A stretch of 64,000 nt of DNA from Hyphochytrium catenoides. Lineage: Eukaryota; Protista; Hyphochytriomycota. Both the position numbers and the translations under genes were made by a program. This document shows, piece after piece, positions 59,432 to 64,000 of this stretch; position 1 is the first letter of the stretch; each line of letters starts with the position of its first letter. Under the pieces are notes generated by a model. The model made no database searches and was not told the origin of the DNA. It saw only the letters and a program-made list of their open reading frames with translations. Location: positions 1-64,000 of the forward strand of contig FLMG01002562.1 in the NCBI GenBank assembly GCA_900088475.1, in the 5' to 3' direction.

Positions 59432-62400
59432 CTATAGCGTCGTTATATTGCTACTGCCGCAGCCCATAGCCACTAGCAAAGTCTCCACATGCTCATTGAA
59501 AGCTCGAGGGCCGCAGATCACCACGTGAACCTTTAATTCGGCACCTTTGGACGTGTTATCGTCAAGACTGTTGGACGGGGATGTCAATAGCGGAGTCGGA
59601 ACTTCATCCCTTCCTCTGGGATGGATCATTGCGCCTCTCGCATGAAGCTCTCTCAGCTTAGGAGGCACTCTCCTTACTCCTTCTCCGCCTCGGGCCTCTG
59701 TCTCTCCTCGCTTGCTGCTCAATTCATCTTCTGCAACAGGAGCTAAGAGTTTGCTAAAGGAGGCGCCAAAGAGACTCTTACTCGCTTTTGGCGGAGGGAA
59801 GTCGTGCGGCAGAAAGCCTCTCATTAGACCTTGATTTACACGGCCAAAGAAGGTCTCCGCGAAAGGCTCCTTGTTTTCTGCTCTCTCTCCCGTGAATGTT
59901 CGACAGATCCGTATCTTCAATCTCCGTCCTCGTGCTTTCTTCACAAATTGCAGAAGCTCCTCTTCTAAGAAAGCTGAACTAGTTGAGCGCTGAGAGACGA
60001 GGATGTCGATGTGAATAGGATGAGAGGAGTCCTCTCTGTGGGCGTAGTAGTAGTCTAGCACACAGAGCATTGGGGCGAGGCCTGTCCCGCCTGCAATGAG
60101 GACAAGGCGATTGAGAAGCCCGTCGCGCAAGATGTGGGAAGGGAGCAAAGAGTTCTGAGGGCCCTTCAGGTAAAGCTTAGGGACGGGCCTGCCTTCTCCC
60201 TCTTCGCTGTTCTTAGTCTTTTCCTCTCTCTCTTCGCCCTTCTTCTCTTTTGCTCCGTCGCCGCGAGGAGAGGAGGGAGAGTCCGTGGCAATCCAGATAT
60301 CCTCATCGTTAGTCACTGACGCAGCAGCAGCTTGTTGATCGCGGATCTCAGACGCTTTTTCTCCTGTCCTTGCCTCTACTCTCTCCGAGTCAGTCGCCTT
60401 CTTGTCTTGTCCCACCTCAAGGTGGGATAGAGTACTCAAAAGCTCTTGGAGGCGGGAGGTGAAGGCTCCTTGCGCATAGATCTTGATATAAAGCACCAGT
60501 TCTCCGTCTGACTTCCACTGAATGGGAGAGTACGGCCGAGCCACCCGAGCAAGACCTGACCCAGGACTAGCTAACTCGAGCATCACGTGTCCTCCAATCT
60601 CACACTGGAGAAGCTTCTTCGAAGGCGGAAGAGAGAGAACGATGCGATAGACCTTCGACTCCGAGGCTGTCGTCACTCGTTGAAGTTCTTTGATCTCCAC
60701 AGGGACGAAGCCTCTGTCTTCGCTCTCCTCGCGAGGAGTGATCGGGGCGCTCTTACCGTCTAGGCCCCTCTTGTGGTTGTTATTTGACGTGAACCGCGCC
60801 AGTTGTGCTGCGTCATCTGCGACCTTTCCAATCTGCATAGGATTTAGCATCGACAGCGCGAGCTTACTGTGTCGGTGACGTATCAGCTCTCCACTGTGCT
60901 CTTCCACGGGTTCTTCGCCTGTAAATTCGCTGGTTACATCTTTGCCGATGCTCTGAGTCATCAAGGCCTCTCCTCCTGGATGGTCCTGGATAAAGCCGCC
61001 AATGTCATAGACACAACCCTGAATGACGATCCACTTGGCTCCTTGTGCCACCCGCTTGGCAAACTCCGCCGCAGTGAACTCTGCAGAAGCCTTCGTAGAC
61101 AGTGGCTTCCCATTCGGATTCATCTTCTTCTCCCTTCTCTCTCTCCAGCGACAGAAGCGGCGGTACCAGTAGGGCCGCCACCGGAGCTGCCCCACTACAA
61201 TGAAGAAGAACAGAATTATGGCATTCCACGCCCCATACACTGCCAACGCAACCATCTCCTTAGGATCACCCGCGAACATCAACCTGAGCCCGAAAAAGCA
61301 GGTGACAGCGCCCANNNNNNNNNNNNNNNNNNNNNNNNNNNNNNNNNNNNCAGTCGTGCCCATGCCCATGACCACTCTATGCAGCTCCACCCAGTTCTCT
61401 TTCGAGTTCTGATAGCGGGCGACATACACGCCGTAAGGAAAGAGGATCCCAAAGGATGAAAGCATGACGAAGGCGTGGAAGACTATGATGGAGTTGATAT
61501 GGTTGGTGTTAGGAGTGAAGGGGTAGGTAGAAGAGTTCGGTACAGAGCTTCCACCGCCTGCAGCTCCTCCTCCGCCTACCGTTGAAAAAGAGGCTTGCGT
61601 AGCTCCTTTGGAGGCCATCCCATGATATCCAAAGGACAATGAGGACTTTGAGTAGGCGTAGATGAGGTAAGGTGTGGATCCTCCTGTTCCGCTCAAGAGA
61701 GAAACATGTGCGGTGTCCCCAGAGGGCGCGTTAGCAGGGCGACGAAAGCGCACACCGCTGGTGCTATGACAGGCTTGACTGGCATCTAAACGAGCAGCAT
61801 CCACGGGTACAATCAAAGCGGCTGAGACAGCATCAGGCGTAGAATAGCCCGAGGCATGATACTCCTTCACGGTCCAGGGCTGGTCCTTGGCATCCTTGTA
61901 TGCTACGATCATCTCCGCGCCTGCCATTAGTCCTTCCTCGGCGTTGAATCCGATACCCATCCAGCCAGAGAAGTTAGCACACATCGTGAACTCAATGATT
62001 TTATCCGCTGCTGTTGTTCCTTCCGCCGCCGCCCACTCTAAGCGGAAATCTGACGCCAACTGGAGAAAGCTGGAGGCGATGCCTCCTCCACCAGAGCTCC
62101 CGAGGCTTCCTCCTTCGCCAGTCTCAACGCCCCCCGATCCCCCAGAACCACTGTGGCTCTTGTAGGCCGTAGCGGTGCTGACTTTCATGGGCTGGCTGGG
62201 GAACCAGGGCATGTCGCAGTTCATAGTGACAACCTTGGACAAGCTCCAGCTCGTTATTTCTCGAGTGTCATTGGCACTAAGGACACCAGATCGCTGGTAC
62301 CAGAACCGATCTCCGTCTCTAAGCCTAACGAACTGCTCTAGAATGGAACGCGTGAAGAGGGGACCCAAATGCGCTGGCTCGCCGTCTGCACCCACTTCAC

Positions 62401-63859
62401 GTGCCTCGGCGAGTCCTCCAACCCAACCGTCCACATCCTCTACAGAACGGTAAACAGAGCTCAACCTCTCAGAGACAATGGATTCGCCTGTGAGGTTTTG
62501 GAAGTCCTTAGCAGCACGCAGGCCAAACATCTTTCGTGCCACATTGTACGAGGGAAGACCATAATCTCTTCCACGCTGAATGTTCATAGCTGCCAAGTCG
62601 TAGGGTGCATCTACGAAGTGGTTGCGCAGATCATCAATCAGTAGCGTGTCTATGGCCTGGTCGACCTTTATGGTCAGCCCCCTAAGAATGGACTCAATGT
62701 CGCCTCCGGACTCCAAGATTGCCTTTGTTCTGAAGAAGTTGTCCCTAAGGATCAAGTGCTGGGACGGGCTCTCACTTCCATCTTCTGCTATCCGCAAGAT
62801 CAGTGACCCAATGGCGCTATGTCCATATCGGAACGCTGCCCCAACGAAGAAGAGGTCTATATCGGCCGATACCCCGCTATCATACCCTTGATAGGTCGGT
62901 AATGGCCTCCCAAGAAGGAGAGGCAGGTACTCCTCATAAGTAATTTTCTGCATCAGAGCCGTAACCCATGCCCGAGCTCGCTGGAAGAGCTTCTCGTCAT
63001 CCCAAGTCTTTCCGACAGTCACTGCCAACTCCATGGCTTTCCGGTTGTGCTCCCTGACTAACAAAGTATGCAACGCTTGCAGGGCAGGATGAACGTTTGC
63101 TCTGGGATCTCCCGCTAGAAAGAGCTTATCAGTGGTATGGGGATCATAGGCAGTGTCCATCAGTGCAGCCGCCTCAGGGCTGTCCACCAGAGGAAGTAGG
63201 ATTGCCTCAGTCTCTGGGTGGATGTACACCTTCAGCTTTCCATCCTGAAAGGAGCGGACAGCATTCATGGTGGCCTCAGAAGCGCCATAGACTACGGAAC
63301 CGTCAATATATGCAGTCTGACTATTCTCTGGGCGTCGCTGCGTGAGCGGCGTATCGTCATCCATCGGTTTTGCCCGTGGAAAGGGAATTGTCACATTTCC
63401 ACTGCAGCTTTCTCTGAACTGCCTGAGCTCACACTGAGAGAAACTCATAGGAATGGCCTCTCCAGTCTTGGACTTGGTGGTGAGCGCGATGTCATGAGCT
63501 ATGAGCTGGCCCCAGTAGGGCAGCAGGTCGCTTACTTGAGCGTGATTTTGCTTGCTGGATTCAGCTCCAAAAACAACGTTTGAGATGAGCCGCGGTGCTG
63601 GCCTTTCTGTGCCACTGGGAGCGCTAATGTTATCGCTGTACGCTGCGGGCATGGAGAGACGTACAAAGGCGCTCTTATAGGCTCCCCATTGTGGGTTAGC
63701 GAGGTTGTTTCCATGTCCTGTCAGCGGCCGGTAGCCAACGGCTGCCGGGCTAATGTCCTCAACTGCCTGCACAACGCTAGCCAATGGGTAGACGACAGAG
63801 ATAGAGATAAAGACTAGAGGTAACATGGCGAAAGAGGAAGGCCATGAAGAGTGGCGCAT
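59432..63859 (-). CDS. Secreted heme peroxidase - DOMON - cytochrome b561 - cytochrome b5 - FAD/NAD(P)H reductase fusion (>=1,475 aa, no introns seen)
   Basis: Signal peptide. Peroxidase-cyclooxygenase motifs YRPLTGHGNN, WGQLIAHDI, TAYIDGSVVYG, GDPRAN...REHN, AFRYGHS, DLAAMNIQRGRD. DOMON WMGIGF..LMAGAEM...FGYHG. b561 IVFHAFVMLSSFGILFPYGVYVARY...WVELHR. Cyt b5 HPGG...HS. Reductase RPYSP, IKIYAQGAFT, LIAGGTGLAP, ICGP. Confidence 0.92.
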   Translation of the reverse strand: MRHSSWPSSFAMLPLVFISISVVYPLASVVQAVEDISPAAVGYRPLTGHGNNLANPQWGAYKSAFVRLSMPAAYSDNISAPSGTERPAPRLISNVVFGAESSKQNHAQVSDLLPYWGQLIAHDIALTTKSKTGEAIPMSFSQCELRQFRESCSGNVTIPFPRAKPMDDDTPLTQRRPENSQTAYIDGSVVYGASEATMNAVRSFQDGKLKVYIHPETEAILLPLVDSPEAAALMDTAYDPHTTDKLFLAGDPRANVHPALQALHTLLVREHNRKAMELAVTVGKTWDDEKLFQRARAWVTALMQKITYEEYLPLLLGRPLPTYQGYDSGVSADIDLFFVGAAFRYGHSAIGSLILRIAEDGSESPSQHLILRDNFFRTKAILESGGDIESILRGLTIKVDQAIDTLLIDDLRNHFVDAPYDLAAMNIQRGRDYGLPSYNVARKMFGLRAAKDFQNLTGESIVSERLSSVYRSVEDVDGWVGGLAEAREVGADGEPAHLGPLFTRSILEQFVRLRDGDRFWYQRSGVLSANDTREITSWSLSKVVTMNCDMPWFPSQPMKVSTATAYKSHSGSGGSGGVETGEGGSLGSSGGGGIASSFLQLASDFRLEWAAAEGTTAADKIIEFTMCANFSGWMGIGFNAEEGLMAGAEMIVAYKDAKDQPWTVKEYHASGYSTPDAVSAALIVPVDAARLDASQACHSTSGVRFRRPANAPSGDTAHVSLLSGTGGSTPYLIYAYSKSSLSFGYHGMASKGATQASFSTVGGGGAAGGGSSVPNSSTYPFTPNTNHINSIIVFHAFVMLSSFGILFPYGVYVARYQNSKENWVELHRVVMGMGTTXXXXXXXXXXXXXGAVTCFFGLRLMFAGDPKEMVALAVYGAWNAIILFFFIVVGQLRWRPYWYRRFCRWRERREKKMNPNGKPLSTKASAEFTAAEFAKRVAQGAKWIVIQGCVYDIGGFIQDHPGGEALMTQSIGKDVTSEFTGEEPVEEHSGELIRHRHSKLALSMLNPMQIGKVADDAAQLARFTSNNNHKRGLDGKSAPITPREESEDRGFVPVEIKELQRVTTASESKVYRIVLSLPPSKKLLQCEIGGHVMLELASPGSGLARVARPYSPIQWKSDGELVLYIKIYAQGAFTSRLQELLSTLSHLEVGQDKKATDSERVEARTGEKASEIRDQQAAAASVTNDEDIWIATDSPSSPRGDGAKEKKGEEREEKTKNSEEGEGRPVPKLYLKGPQNSLLPSHILRDGLLNRLVLIAGGTGLAPMLCVLDYYYAHREDSSHPIHIDILVSQRSTSSAFLEEELLQFVKKARGRRLKIRICRTFTGERAENKEPFAETFFGRVNQGLMRGFLPHDFPPPKASKSLFGASFSKLLAPVAEDELSSKRGETEARGGEGVRRVPPKLRELHARGAMIHPRGRDEVPTPLLTSPSNSLDDNTSKGAELKVHVVICGPRAFNEHVETLLVAMGCGSSNITTL
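61315..61350. other. Assembly gap (36 N) inside the b561 domain
   Basis: Run of N. Confidence 1.
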
Positions 63860-64000
63860 TTTTCTCTCTTCTAGAGTTCCCTCTTGAAGAAGAAAGCAGA
63901 GGTATTAGGAGAGCTCGCTAGTAATAAAGGTCGCTGGTGGTTAGCGGGTCGCTTTCGTTCACTTCTTATTTGCTTCTTGTTCTTTCTTGTTCGCTGCTCG

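Overview
Gene-dense, intron-rich eukaryotic (protist-like, ~50% GC) scaffold with three N-gaps and the standard genetic code; the introns I could trace in the intact genes are GT-AG. The first ~10 kb is partly decayed: an intron-containing UMP-CMP kinase pseudogene, an intronless TM-EGF-NHL gene with a single-base frameshift, and degenerate low-complexity DNA. 10,318-40,399 (+) can be hand-spliced into one gene of about 48 exons and about 7,400 aa. It encodes a giant membrane receptor/channel-like protein: signal peptide, 14 Cys-containing IPT/TIG-like repeats, DUF2341-like and reelin-like modules, Cys-rich repeats, a TRP/PKD2-like multi-TM domain split by a ~1,900-aa insert containing a RING finger, then Tudor-like and WD40-like modules. 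Next come a coiled-coil gene, an LRR gene, CLEC16A/TT9, ATP11, OSCP1 and an SDR. The window ends with the most striking gene, an apparently intronless secreted heme peroxidase fused to DOMON, cytochrome b561, cytochrome b5 and an FAD/NAD(P)H reductase. This is a possible self-contained transmembrane redox wire analogous to, but built differently from, DUOX. All domain calls come from visual motif recognition, not database searches, and exon boundaries are manual.
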